Made by a program: the position numbers and the translations under genes. The notes beneath the pieces were generated by a model. It saw only the letters and a list, made by a program, of their open reading frames with translations. It did no database searches and was not told where the DNA came from. A DNA stretch of 20,297 nucleotides from contig CDMY01000783.1 of assembly GCA_001179505.1 (NCBI GenBank), positions 1 to 20,297 of the forward strand, written 5' to 3'. Below are positions 1-11,147 of this stretch, in pieces. Each line of letters starts with the position of its first letter. The stretch's first letter is position 1. This DNA is from Vitrella brassicaformis CCMP3155. Its lineage: Eukaryota; Protista; Chromerida.

Positions 1-2588
1 CACTGAGTGGTCCCTACCCGGGCCCGACTCCCATGCCTCCCCAGCAGACGACTGTGTTGCCATTGGCGAGCCTGCAAAGAGATCGGACAGACGCAGTCCG
101 TTGGTGTCCTGTACCATGTCAGCTTTCACTGAGTACGGACCTCTGTGTGCTCCCGTTGGCCAGCGAATAGATGCTACGATTGGCACTGTACTGCCAAATC
201 TTAGTGGCGGTTTTGCCCTTGTGGTCGAGCTCGTACTCGACGGCTCTCGCAAAGTCCTCGTCCGACTCGACGTGGTTATCGAACATGAGAATCCCTGGTG
301 GACAAGGACAGGAAGGCATATGAATGGGCTACTGGTCGACCAGAAGGACGTGTGCTCATCCGTACTGTTGGTCTCCCTCTCTTGCGCATCGTGCTGCAGA
401 GTGAAGGGGCGGTGCTCGTTGGTGTACTTGAAGTCGCTGAACCCATGATGGGCGCCGAATCGCCACATGATGTCGCCGGTGCCCCTGTCGACCTTGATCA
501 CGCCTATGAACACGAATGCCACGCAGGTATGCAATGCTACTGAGTCCGTGTGTTGGGTGCCGACCCATGTGCCTGAATGAGATGATGATGTTCCCGTCGG
601 CTGCCCACGACGCAGTGTTGGGGTGCTGAACAGCAGCAGATAGGCATGTTGTATGCATGACGAGAGATGAGAGCCTGGCGTCCCTCTCCTCACCGCTAGA
701 TCGCCATCCTTGTTGCGCACGGTGTATTTGAGCATCTGCTCGACGGTCAGGTGGTCCCACTAAGCACAAAGAAACCAAGGGGTAAAAATGGGCGCGCACA
801 TCTGTGTACGTTAGCTACCATTCGCCATTCGAAAATGACGTTGCCGTGTTTGTCTTGCTCGGTGACAACGGCGCCCTTAATGAAGACCCTGTTACCCTTG
901 GCATCGCGGGCCTCTTGCGGGTCGACGTGGATCATCAACGCATTCTCCTCCTGCCAGACGAGAGAGAGAATTGCGTTTGATATCAATGTACCTTGATCGA
1001 TCAACAGATGTCGAGGTACCTCGTTGATTTTGAAGTCGTGGCCTGAGCACATTCGAGTCCTTCAGCCATTACCGATCCCTCAGCCATTTTGTCTTTGTGC
1101 ATGTGAGTGAGCGCATACCGTCCTTTTTGTAGCCATGGGGCGAGGCGTATCTCCGTATGTTGTGGTATTTGTGATCGAATAAGAATGAGCCGAAGGACAG
1201 GAGGCCGCCGCTGTCGATCATTCAAGAAGAGAAACGTACACGTGCACAAGTAGTCCGACCCTCAATTCGAGCAGTCATCACCTAGTCAGCACAAAATTGC
1301 CTCGTGCGCCGTATCGCTCTGGCGTCTCGAGATAGAAGACCAAGTCGCCATCGTTGTCCAAGACAAGCAGCCTGCACAAACACACAATGAAAGGCATTCT
1401 TCCCCGATTGCTGCGGTGATGTCACTGTGGATGAATCAGACTATATATACCATGGGTGCTTGACTTCGTCGACGGGCACCTTCTTTGGCGTCCGCCGGTT
1501 TGTGAAGAAGACGTAGCCCCGCTCCGCTCCAGGCTTTGCCTCAACTGACATACGAACTTTTGGGAAGTGCTTCGTCGGAACGGTGACATAGCCCCTGCGA
1601 TTTCAGAGAAGACACATCGCATACGCCAGGATGCAATATCACGCGTCTGCCCTTTGTGCCCCTCAACACGCTTACATGCTCATGTATTTCGCAACAGGAA
1701 GGGTGTCCATGAAATCAAACCTTGATGGACAAACAAACGCCAGCCAGTCAGACACTCGCCACCATTTCTCAGTCGGACGAGCCTACCCATTGACGAAGTG
1801 GCCGCCCCGGAGGAATGTCCCGTTCAGGTTGAGATGTGTCACATTGTTCTGCATCCATCGAAAGCAAGACAGGACCAGTCAAGGGCCTTCTGCTTCCCTT
1901 TTGCTACCTTAAGGTAAGGGGTGTCACCCGAAAACGGCGGGGGGTCCAACGTGAAGACGCCATTCTTCTCCCTGATTGTAGCCTTATTCTCTGCCTCGGT
2001 CACCTCTGCCTCTATGAGGGAGGGCTTTCGCTTCGTCGTCTCGTTCGTTTGGTTCATGTGCGAGAGATAAAACCTCCATTGCATCCCGCCGAGCTTCTGA
2101 CCATCGGCTGTCGTGAGACCCTCTCGCACTTTGACTCGCACCATCTCACCCCTTGCGAAGTCCTGGAAGCTTCGGAAGACGACGGTCTTCCCATCTGCAC
2201 GCGAAGACGCACACGACAAGGGGCAGATGACCACTTGACGAGCGTTGCCTTTCTTACCCGCGGCGAGCACCAGCTTGCCCTTGACCTTCCCTGACTTGTT
2301 GCCGCGGACCCTCAGCTTGCCTCGGATGGACCCCGGCTGGAGGCTGCTTCCCTCGCGAAGGGCTATAGTGGTGAGGGGCGACACCAGCCCGGCCTCAGGC
2401 CGAGGATGAATGTACCTGCCATAAGCAGACAGTGCAAATGCGCGAGGGCAAGCACGAAGAGGAGATCTTTACTCAAAGGCCCCGAAGCGCTTGTGTGTCT
2501 TGGCGCCGTCAGTGAGCTTCAGCCCATGAAGCACATCAGCATGGCTCAGGCCAAAGAGAGAGCACAGGGCGAGAACGCACCAGATCAT
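1..2588 (-). CDS. Secreted arylsulfotransferase (ASST-type aryl-sulfate sulfotransferase) with N-terminal bacterial Ig-like domain; multi-exon, 3' end runs off the window
   Basis: Manual splicing on the minus strand gives ATG 2588 MIWCVLALCSLFGLSHA (signal peptide; in-frame TGA just upstream), intron 2472-2416, then EYIHPRPEAGLVSPLTTIALREG...DGKTVVFRSFQDFARGEMVRVKVREGLTTADGQKLGGMQWRF (Ig-like), ...KDGHDFKINEEENALMIHVD...EQDKHGNVIFEWRM|WDHL...|HPNTASWAADGNIIISFRHM|GVIKVDRGTGDIMWRFG...FTLQHDAQE...ILMFDNH...ARAVEYELD...GSTQR|LANGNTVVCWG. These match the ASST motifs H(D/E)F, HxN, SxR, QHD, FDN, RAVEY and GSxQRLxNGN. Exon boundaries are inferred; those in about 1260-1900 were not traced. Confidence 0.88.
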
Positions 2589-2793
2589 CTTCAGTCAGCT
2601 CGTTGCCAAACCGTCCAGGGCCTTGTCTACGTGCGGCCGCTTTGGTGTGCGCACTCTCACCTCTCTTCTTGCAGCCGTCCTCTCGTCCCTTGTCGATGGC
2701 ATTTTCAGCAAATGGGACGAAAATAATAATTCTGGAGAATTCCGTTGGAGAGAACCCACCCGAGCCTGAAAGTCCCTGCTGCTGGCTGATTCT
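2589..2793. promoter_or_regulatory. Candidate bidirectional promoter between the divergent ASST paralogues
   Basis: About 205 bp separate the two inferred start codons. An AT-rich patch (aaaataataatt, about 2720-2731) lies near the middle. Positional inference only. Confidence 0.45.
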
Positions 2794-5700
2794 ATGCCTC
2801 GCTTCCTTGAGCGGCAACCGCCTCGACTGCACTTTGTAGCTTCACACGTGTCTTTCTCTGTCCTTCTGTCCATTTTGTGTCTGTACTTATTTTTCGACCG
2901 CTCTACTGCTCTTTCAGACAACCACGTCGCCAAGAAGAACTCCAGGCAAGTGCTGGCGGCCCTCAGTGGTTTCGGCATGGCGCAAGAGGTGACGAGCCTC
3001 AGAAAATATGGCAAAGGCGCGAAGAAGAGCAGTGCTGATGTCAGCCTGCTCGATATGCTCGAGAGCAAGACGCCATATACCTACGCGCACCCATTGCCCG
3101 GCGCAGCGCTCATCTCGCCATTCACAACTGTGGCGTAAGGCAGAGAGTCAGTCGACCACCCTTGTTGATTTGCCGGCGGTTCTCTCTTTGGCTTCAGGTT
3201 CAGGACAGATGAGCCAATCGACGGCAGCACCGCCTTTGGGAAAATAAGCCTCAAGGGCGCCAAGTCAGGCGACCACTCCAAAGGAGAGACGGTGCTGCTC
3301 TCTGGGCGCACAGTTCACTTTCGGCCGGCCCACCCGTTGGCACCTGGGGAGCAGGTGCATGTCAACGTTGCCGAGGGCATCAAGACAGGCAGCGGCAAGT
3401 CACTGCCGGCAGTCGAATGGTCGTTCCACGTGTCTTGGAGGAAGCTGGATACCTATCACCGTGTGTTCCTGCCGCTGTCCGTCAATGGGAGCCACTCGAG
3501 CACGCACTCGTCACGGGCGAACCTGCATTTGCTTAAGAAGATCCGTAGCGACCATTTCCTACTGGGGCTCGGGGCGAAGAAGCACGCGAGGGAGCGACAG
3601 AGCACCCGCATGGTAAGACCACTGTGAGCATGGGACGAAGCTTGTCATGTTTCTCTCCTCCACTGTGTTTGCCGTCGCTTTTGACCGTCCAGTCGATTGG
3701 AGATGAGGGTGGGCAGGAGATCGAAGAGACTATCGTGCCGAACCCCGCCTATCGCACACTGCCCCCCAAGTATCCTCGAGCGGTCATGAGGAAGCTGGGT
3801 GACCTCTCGAAGCTATCGCCAGGGTACCTCTTCACAGCCGAAATCGATCAGGACCCAGACGAGAAAACGGTGCGTCTCGCTCGTGTAGCATCAGGGATGG
3901 ATATGCATACACACATACGTGATGGGAGTGTGTGGGTGAGCAGATGAAGGTGATCATGACTGATCGCGGAGACCCCGTCTTCTACGAGCTCGGCACTCTT
4001 CCAACATTCGCGCCGACACACGTACGGGGGACATCTGCACTGGCCTATTGGACCTGTATATTGGGGTCCATGACTGCGTGTCACATGTTCGCAGAACAAG
4101 CAGCTGGTCATCCGCCAAAGCGACAACGCTGTAAGGACACTCGAGTCACGTTTACACTCGAGTCACGTTTGTCTAAAGTTCGCGCCATCCGTCAATTTGT
4201 GTATTCAATGCAGATTGTGGTTGCGGGGAACGACTACAGAAAGAAAGCCAGGTTCCAAGCGCAGCACGGCCACATCATCAATCACCACGGTACGAGCCCG
4301 ACCTGATGAGCATACATCCTCCATCTACCAACCATACTTCTCTTCGAATGGCTTCGCTTGCGCCCACGACGAACCCGATAGAATTCCAGATGCTGAGCAA
4401 TGGCAACAGTCTCATCCTCATGTAAGTGTTCTATGCACCTATCTATGTGCGTGGGGCCACGGAAAGGAGAAAGGGGCTCACACGACTGACGCGCATACGT
4501 ACACCCTGTGTTGGTGCAGCTACGACCCCCAACTGGTGGATGCAAAGAAGATCCGCCCAGGTACGCAATGAGGATGTACACACGAGCGGCATGTCATGTC
4601 AGTCCACCAAGACATCTGTCTGTCCCATGCAGGGGTGTCGGGCGCGACGAGGGATACCTGGGCAGTCGGACTGATCATCCAGGTACGTGAACTCACCAAA
4701 CAATCACCCCTGTAGCCTTGACTTATGTGTGTTATCACCCAGGAAGTGACGCCTAAAGGTACTGACGGGTGTGCGCCTACACGTATACCCGGAGACGTCC
4801 GTGTACGCGATTCTCATTAGGCCACGTCGTGTTTGACTGGCGCTCGTGGGACTTCCTTCCTCGCGTGTGGTGGGAGACCAACATGGTGGTCGAAAACCGA
4901 GTTTGGGACCTGACACATGGTATGTATTCCACACTGCGTGAGTGCTGGGGAGCACACAAACAAAGCTGGTGTGCACCTAGGCAACTCACTCGAGGAAGCG
5001 CCGGATGGCAACATCATCGTGTCCATGAGAGCACTCTGGCAAGTGACCAAGATCAATCGGTGACGATATATACCCGTCGATTTGTGCACACACGTATACG
5101 CCCTGCGCACGTCTCTCCCGCAGAAACAGTGGACGAATCATGTGGAGGCTGGGAGGCGTCTCTGGCAATCTCAAGGTGGCGAAAGGTACGCATGAGCGAG
5201 CTGGCTCCCTTCAGTGGCAGGATTTCCCGCCTATATTCCTGCAGATCCCAACGGCCTCTTCAGTGGGCAACACGACGCGCGCCTGCACGATGGCCTGCTC
5301 ACCGTTTTTGACAACAGCGTCAAGACGGGCAGCCGCACTGCACGAGCCGTCGACTACAAGTTGGACGGCAGCAAGGCGACCATGGTGTCCCTCTATGACA
5401 CGGGCATCGCTGCCTTCGCCAAAGGCAACTATCGCCGAATGCCCAACGGTGTGCTCCGTCACTCACAGACGTACCTATGTTTCCTGTTTGCTGTATGTTT
5501 GCGTGTGGGCACCTGATTAGGCAACCGTGTGATCTGCCTGGGCCTCAAGCTGCCGCCGGGCGTCAAGGGCGAGAGGAGGAATCCTTGGTACCTGGAGGTG
5601 CGTATCCGAGCTCAAAACAACGCATACGCGTGTGCGTTTGCATTGGTGGATCAATGGATGAATGTCTGTGCAGACCGACGACAAAGGCAGGCCGTTGGTC

Positions 5701-6288
5701 CAGATGCAGTGGCGAAGGGAGACGCACTCGTATCGTGTCGTCAAAGGGCCGTGGCAGGGCTTCCCCAGGTGGCAGCCAAAGGCCATAATCGACAACAAGT
5801 GAGAACGCACACGAGCCCTCACCGGCTCTCCACGACCCATTCGATGCCTGTTTGTGCGTTGCTGACGTTTCTACAGCAATTCCGCTGGACAAATGCGGTT
5901 GCACTTCTCGTGGAACGGCGCGACTGAGGTGGACAGGTAGGTAGCATTGCCTACATATGACTGTGCACGCGGCGCGGATGTGTGCCCTTGTGACGCAATC
6001 GATCGATGCACTCCATGCATGCAGGTGGCGTGTGTACCGAGGAGAGGAGAAGATAGCTGACCTCAAGAGGACACAATTCGAGCACTGGGTCGACATTCCT
6101 GAAGCAAGAAACAGCTGCCAGAAGTACCAGGTCGGTCCACTCATCAGACATTCACACACAAGTGTTCGGGGAACACACGAATGAGTAAATTGCCGAATGA
6201 ATGCGGGTGCGTCAAGGCCGTCGCTGTTGGTCGAGACGGCAGGGAACTGAACCGCTCGAAAGTGGCCAAGTCAAAGCCATGCAGGTAG
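2794..6288 (+). CDS. Secreted/membrane-anchored arylsulfotransferase (ASST-type) with N-terminal Ig-like domain; many short exons
   Basis: A hydrophobic N-terminus (FSVLLSILCLYLFF) is followed by PYTYAHPLPGAALISPFTTVA|FRTDEPIDG...GRTVHFRPAHPLAPGEQVHVNVAEGIKTGSGKSLPAVEWSFHV (Ig-like), YRTLPPKYP...PGYLFTAE, INHHE|FQMLSNGNSLIL, VGLIIQ|EVTPK|GHVVFDWRSWDF, THG|NSLEEAPDGNIIVSMRALWQVTKINR|NSGRIMWRLGG, FSGQHDARLHDGLLTVFDN...ARAVDYKLD, SYRVVKGPWQGFP, LHFSWNGATE, RTQFE and AVAVGRDGRELNRS...PCR, ending at TAG 6286-6288. All ASST catalytic motifs are present. The start codon is uncertain. Confidence 0.9.
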
Positions 6289-6705
6289 AGCGACGGGAAC
6301 GACGGAATATGTACATAGCAGACACCCTGTGTATGTGTATGTGTATGTGCAGTGACGAAAAGACAAAGGTGAAGAAGGGCGGCGGTGTCAAGCGAATAAA
6401 GTCGTCCTCACCCGCTTGTGACGTCATCTGGCGCAAGAGGGAGAACTGTGCCGCCGACCGGCTAACAATATCTCAGAACGAATGTGAAGGTGCGCTAGGA
6501 CGTCAACCAATATGTTTTGTGTGTATTCTGTGTCTTTCGTCAGCCCGAGGGTGTTGTTACAAGGGAGGTAAAGGTCAGACTGTGGAGGGCTTAGTGCGGT
6601 GCTTCAAGTCCAGTAATATCTAGGACAAAGACTGCATGAGCGCGTAGCACACATCCAGCCCCCTTTTGGCTGGCAAGCACATATCCCGATCTTTTCCCAC
6701 ATCAA

Positions 6706-7452
6706 ACGAGAGACGCTCATTGTCTATATCGTGGCAGAGTCTTCACAGCGACTCGCGAATCTTTTGGCAAGAGCCATACAAACACTGTTGCGCGCCGTCC
6801 GATCCCGCCATCATCTGCGCGTCAATGACTTGGTGGTTCAGCGAGCTGCAACCCGAGAGGCAGCAGAGTCTTTGTGGCTTCCCCGTGTGATTCAAAAGGT
6901 GACTTCGCGACACAAACCAGACACAAGCCACCAGAAAGTCTTCGGAGTCCATACGCACAAGAAAGTCAACCAGTCATGTCTCGAGCCGCATCTCGGTCGC
7001 ATCGGGTTTCCTCCAATGAGCATCTTAACTGAGAGAAACGGCACTGAGGCATTTTCCTCGTCACAGAGGGATCCCTTCTCCCCTTTCAAAGACCCCAAAA
7101 AATCATGTTCGAAATCCTATCCCCAGCCATTTCTCGCCAACGGTCAAGGTTTCTCTTGCACCCGAGCTGTTCAGTTCAAAAAACTATGCCATGCTGCCGT
7201 CTACCATCCAGACGAGGATTTCATACGCGTTACACGAGCCCCAAAATTGGTCAGAAACGATGTCGTGTCTCTGACCCCAGCCAGTGGCCCCTGCGTGTGT
7301 CTCTGACACACAGTCGCAGACATAAGGCACGTCACCACACTCGTGATATCTTTCTGTCCCGAGCAATGCAGACCTCCAAAATCACATTGACAACACGACG
7401 CGCGTGCATGCGATCATGCCATCGTGAACTCACCGTAAAACCGCGCACCCTA
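6706..7452 (+). repeat. Repeat A copy 1 (~740-bp non-coding dispersed repeat)
   Basis: Colinear with 15151-15864 and 19401-20123. Shared strings include gggtttcctccaatgagcatcttaact, cgccaacggtcaaggtttctcttgca and ttacacgagccccaaaattggtcagaaa. All copies end in accgcgcacccta. Confidence 0.92.
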
Positions 7453-7646
7453 TCTCCTCAAATTATCCTGGCGCCGCAAAAGGAAGGGGAAGGTACACAC
7501 GCTCTGAGCTCCTGCGTGACGAGGATTCAACAATCAACCAATCAACAGGTGTGCGTGAGAAAAGAGGGGAAGATGTCATAGGTCGTGGTATGTTTGGATG
7601 TGGATGTTATGGTGTGTCGCAGGCGTGTGTGTGTCCCCTTTGTTCA

Positions 7647-8225
7647 ATGGTGTACGACATCAGTGGCCCTGGGCCGAGAGAGCGTGAAATCTGGTTGAAC
7701 GACCTGTCGGAGGAGGGGATTGAGGTGATTTGCTCCGAAGACTTCGGCATTGAGTACCTCTCAGTGTCGGCAGGCTGCCAGGAGAAGGTCAGTGGTCGGG
7801 AGGGTAAGGTTTGGGGCGCCAACAACTACCTCGTGGTCCCTATGGCATGCCGTGACTACATCTCCAACTCGCCCAAGTCGTACAACGTGTTGTTTGTCGT
7901 CGCGACGGTGACATCGGAGACCTACCTCAGCGCCAAGAACATGGGCGTTCTCCGACAAGACGCCGATCACTCCATCGTACCCGATGGCGTTCGCGGGACA
8001 CCATCGATGTATGTGGACATCGAAGGTGTGGCGGTGCACTGCTACCAATCACACGGCCACTTCGCTGATGCCAACGTGCTCGGGATGGGGGCCCTGCGGG
8101 ACCTCGGGTGGTCGCCGATGATCAACTGGGCAGACAACACATTCATGCTGACCTCTCTCACGGATCTGCCGCAACTGTGTGCCCATGGGACGATGCTTAA
8201 ACCAAGGTCAAGGCACGGGGGGTGA
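7647..8225 (+). CDS. Single-domain retropepsin-like (clan AA aspartic protease fold) protein with degenerate catalytic motif; intronless
   Basis: MVYDISG...YNVLFVVATVTSETYLSAKNMGVL...HFADANVLGMGAL. The spacing matches the (F)LVDTGSPxTxL ... NVLG(M)DxL pattern, but D-T-G reads A-T-V (codons from 7902). The ORF is open from 7551; ATG 7647 is preferred because the upstream part looks like GT-rich intron/UTR sequence. Confidence 0.6.
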   Translation: MVYDISGPGPREREIWLNDLSEEGIEVICSEDFGIEYLSVSAGCQEKVSGREGKVWGANNYLVVPMACRDYISNSPKSYNVLFVVATVTSETYLSAKNMGVLRQDADHSIVPDGVRGTPSMYVDIEGVAVHCYQSHGHFADANVLGMGALRDLGWSPMINWADNTFMLTSLTDLPQLCAHGTMLKPRSRHGG

Positions 8226-8953
8226 TGCAGCACCGCCATCGCCACCATCGCAGCCCCCAGACACCCAGCTCTGCCCGCGATGGGGGGAGAGGGCGGGTGC
8301 GCATTTGTCTGCTGCATTGGTGCGGGCTGCTGGCCTGTGTTTGAGGGGCGGGAGGCTGTCATGGCGTAGTATTGGGGCGATGGACGGCGCTGGAGTGTTG
8401 TCATCGGATGAGTGAGCGTGGCCTTTGTGCAGAGGCATATGTAGAAAAATTCATGCGGACGATGTGTGGACAAGTGAGTGCATGGATGCGATCTGTCAAT
8501 TATCTCTCTCGTTCAAACCTTGTTTGCGGGCAGCCGACGGGAAGGGTGGGTGTTTGTAGCCGGCTGCCGCTCATACACTCATCCTCAGTCACCCGCGTTT
8601 AAGGATCTCGACAGAAAGGGTGCTTATCTGGATTTGGTGATACGGTGTCACGTGTGACAGTGGAGATTCGGCATCGTATACATGACAATTTCCAGAAGTG
8701 ACAGCTTCGACGCCACACAGCTGCATTCGACAGACTCAGCAGGGAAAGCGATGCACGACTGCGTCTTGCATCTGTTCCAGAGAGTTTGTCCATGGGTCAC
8801 AGAGAAAATCTGTCTAAGCGTCCATATTTCCACGGCTCACAGAATCTACAATCAACGAAAAAGAGGGCATCGACCGGCTGGCACATGACTGGCAAGCAAC
8901 GGGAAGCCATCTATCTCAGGCGACCGTCAACGTTGACCGTCGCCGCCCTTCCC

Positions 8954-11147
8954 TCACTCATACTTCCGTTCCGTCAAGAAGCTGAATGGGCATGTCTCCG
9001 CCAGGGAAAATCCCACGAACACCCTCAGAGACGACTGAGAAGGATAGTACAGCGGCGTGCCCTTGATGTAATCCGTTTTGTCTTGTCTTGTCGAGCCGCC
9101 TGCTTTGCGGCAGCTGTAGGTGTTGCAAAGGATGTCGGTGCGTCGCCTTGCAGCCACACGGTGTGGATCTCCAGACCATCGAGAAGACCCTCGTTCCCGA
9201 GGGCCTCGAGAGCCCGCTCGATTGTCGGCTTCCTGTCTTCTGGCCCCTGGTCGGCTTCCTTGTTCTGGTAGCCCCAGATCTGGCGCAGCTCGCCGTCCTT
9301 GGTCACAAAGACGAAGGAGTCCCAGCCCTGGAATTGGGGGTTTCCAGGGTCAAGCAAGTAGGACACGTAGCCTTCGTTCATCTCCTTCCGCACTCCGTAA
9401 CGATTGAAGCACTCAATGAGCTGCGGCAGGTCCTTCGCGTCTTGAACAGGCACTCGCACGATCCCTCCGAATGGGCAGCCACGGGTACTGATCACCGGAG
9501 GCGGCAGAAGGTCTGCTGGCGTGCCGGTCAGCAACGATGTGGGCGACTGGGATCCATCCATTGCCATGGTGTGGCTGTCCAGCAGTCGTAGAAGTACGGC
9601 AGCCTTGGTCACCCCCTCCCACCGCTTCCCAGAGCCTCGCGGCAGCAGCACCTGTCGCAGATATTTGTCCACCATGCCGATGCAGTTGATGAAAGGGCCG
9701 CCGAACTTGGTCACCAGCTGCTCGTTCTCCGAAAGGGACATTGCTTCGCCCACAAATGTACAAGCCTTTCCCAAGTAGCAGGGAGGCCACACGCAACCCT
9801 CGCCGTAGACGTCCAGACTCGCCGTCATCGCGCCGAGCGACTCAAAAGTAGGCAGCGCTTGGATCTCCCTTGAGTGCCGTGCGGATGACAGCCGGGGCTG
9901 TGGACGTGTCAACGGATTTGCTGCTAGTGAAGTGCTCCAGCACATCGCCCTCATTCGATGAGGTCTCGCTCCGCCGGTAAAGCTCGAACAGCAGGGCAGG
10001 TGCCCGGCCAGTCCAACATATCTCTCCTTCGCTTGCAGAGGGGCTGATGGCCAGCGCCTCGGTCGGCTCCTCGATACGGGGGATCTCGAGCCTGTACACG
10101 TCACGTGCGCTTCTCCGGTCGACCCAATAATCCCTGATGCTCTTGCCCACTGTGGCGACGTGACTACTGAAGACGAAGTAACGATCTTCCGCTCCGAGGC
10201 AGCTAAGGATGAACTCAGCTACCGCCCTCGCCTCCGATCCTTCAACAGTCAGTGCCGGCAAGGCCTCCTTCGTGAGAAGCTGGTTTAACTTGTCAACAAG
10301 GAGAATCAGGGGCCCGGTGAGCCATCTCTCCAGGAGAAGCGGATCAAGAGAGACGTGATCTATCCAGTCTTCGAACGAGATGTCATCCGGATCCTTGCCG
10401 ATCTGCTTCGCCAGACTCGCGACTGTCTCCTCTCTTGCACACGCCCACGTAATCCGCAGCACTATCGAGTCCAGCAGAGTCAACTCGCTGCGCTTGTGGA
10501 GCTGGGCCTCATGCTCGTTGAAGCGAGTTTGGCCGCTGAAGGTTATGAAAAGCACCGGCTTGCCGCGTCGTTGCAGCTCGCTCCCGAGCTCCTTGAGGGC
10601 ACGCGACTTGCCGCCTCTCGCGAACCGCGTCAGCACCACAGGGCCCACCCGAAAGTCCGTCGTGTCATAGCTGGCGAACCGTGGCAAAATGTAGTCGTCC
10701 ACGACGTGTAGCAGTCTGGTGAGGCCGACGTACTGCTCAGGATCTGGACGCTCGAGTCCGCGAGCCCGCGGGGGCTCTGGCGTGAGCGCGGGGACGTGTC
10801 GGGACTCACGCTGAGCGTTGGGGTCTGTGAGCTTTGTCAATTGAGATGAGGTGGCTGTCCGTGATCAAGAAGTTGCGAGAGCGGCGGACTCCTCCAGGTC
10901 CGGTGTCTGAGGGCCAGCAGAAACAGGAGAAATGTGCGAGAGCCAGATCCTCATCCCGCCCTGTTTTACAGTCCCCACCTGCTTCACTCATGCGAAGGAT
11001 GGAGGGGGAGCTGACAGATTGGCCCTTCTTGGTTTTCAGTGGTGTACGTCTGGAGAGGGCCATACGGTGCAGGAACGCATTATGGCCAGGTAATGAAGCA
11101 GAGGCCACAGACAGAGTAAGGAGCAAGATCCACAGCATCACGGCCAT
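8954..11147 (-). pseudogene. Crinkler/RHS (CR)-type P-loop NTPase + PD-(D/E)xK-fold nuclease gene with two frameshifts; putative signal+transit leader exon upstream
   Basis: ORF 9842-10840 has Walker A-like RVGPVVLTRFARGGKSRAL and Walker B-like LILLVDKLN (K where E is expected). The protein continues in another frame (ORF 9025-10104: WPPCYL, GSGKRWEG, nuclease-like FQGWDSF...IWGYQNKE) and finishes in ORF 8954-9157 (LYYPSQSSLRVFVG). Frameshifts lie at about 9865 (apparent 2-nt loss) and about 9082-9091 (5-nt tandem duplication). Leader: ATG 11147 MAVMLWILLLTLSVASA; its splice link to the body is inferred. Confidence 0.72.

Noticed and set aside
4137-4170. Perfect 17-bp tandem duplication acactcgagtcacgttt x2
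   Set aside because: It lies in an intron and has two copies only; an ordinary slippage event, not CRISPR-like.
5563-6159. 198-aa minus-strand ORF and similar antisense ORFs over the ASST genes
   Set aside because: They overlap well-supported sense exons and show no motifs.
6329-6349. (GTGTAT)n microsatellite downstream of ASST gene 2
   Set aside because: Short simple repeat typical of this sequence's non-coding DNA.
6731-7306. Long ORFs in repeat A (also 15290-15706 and 19408-19959) as protein genes
   Set aside because: The copies differ by indels that are not multiples of 3 and switch frames, and there are no recognisable motifs.
6729-7454. Repeat A as a Helitron (A|TC start, CTRR-like end)
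   Set aside because: Homology extends about 25 bp upstream of the TC, copy 1 ends CTAT, copy 3 lacks the TC and the hairpin, and the hairpin is too far from the end.
8529-8569. Inverted repeat ggcagccg...cggctgcc between the convergent genes
   Set aside because: An 8-bp stem in GC-rich DNA is expected by chance, with no supporting context.
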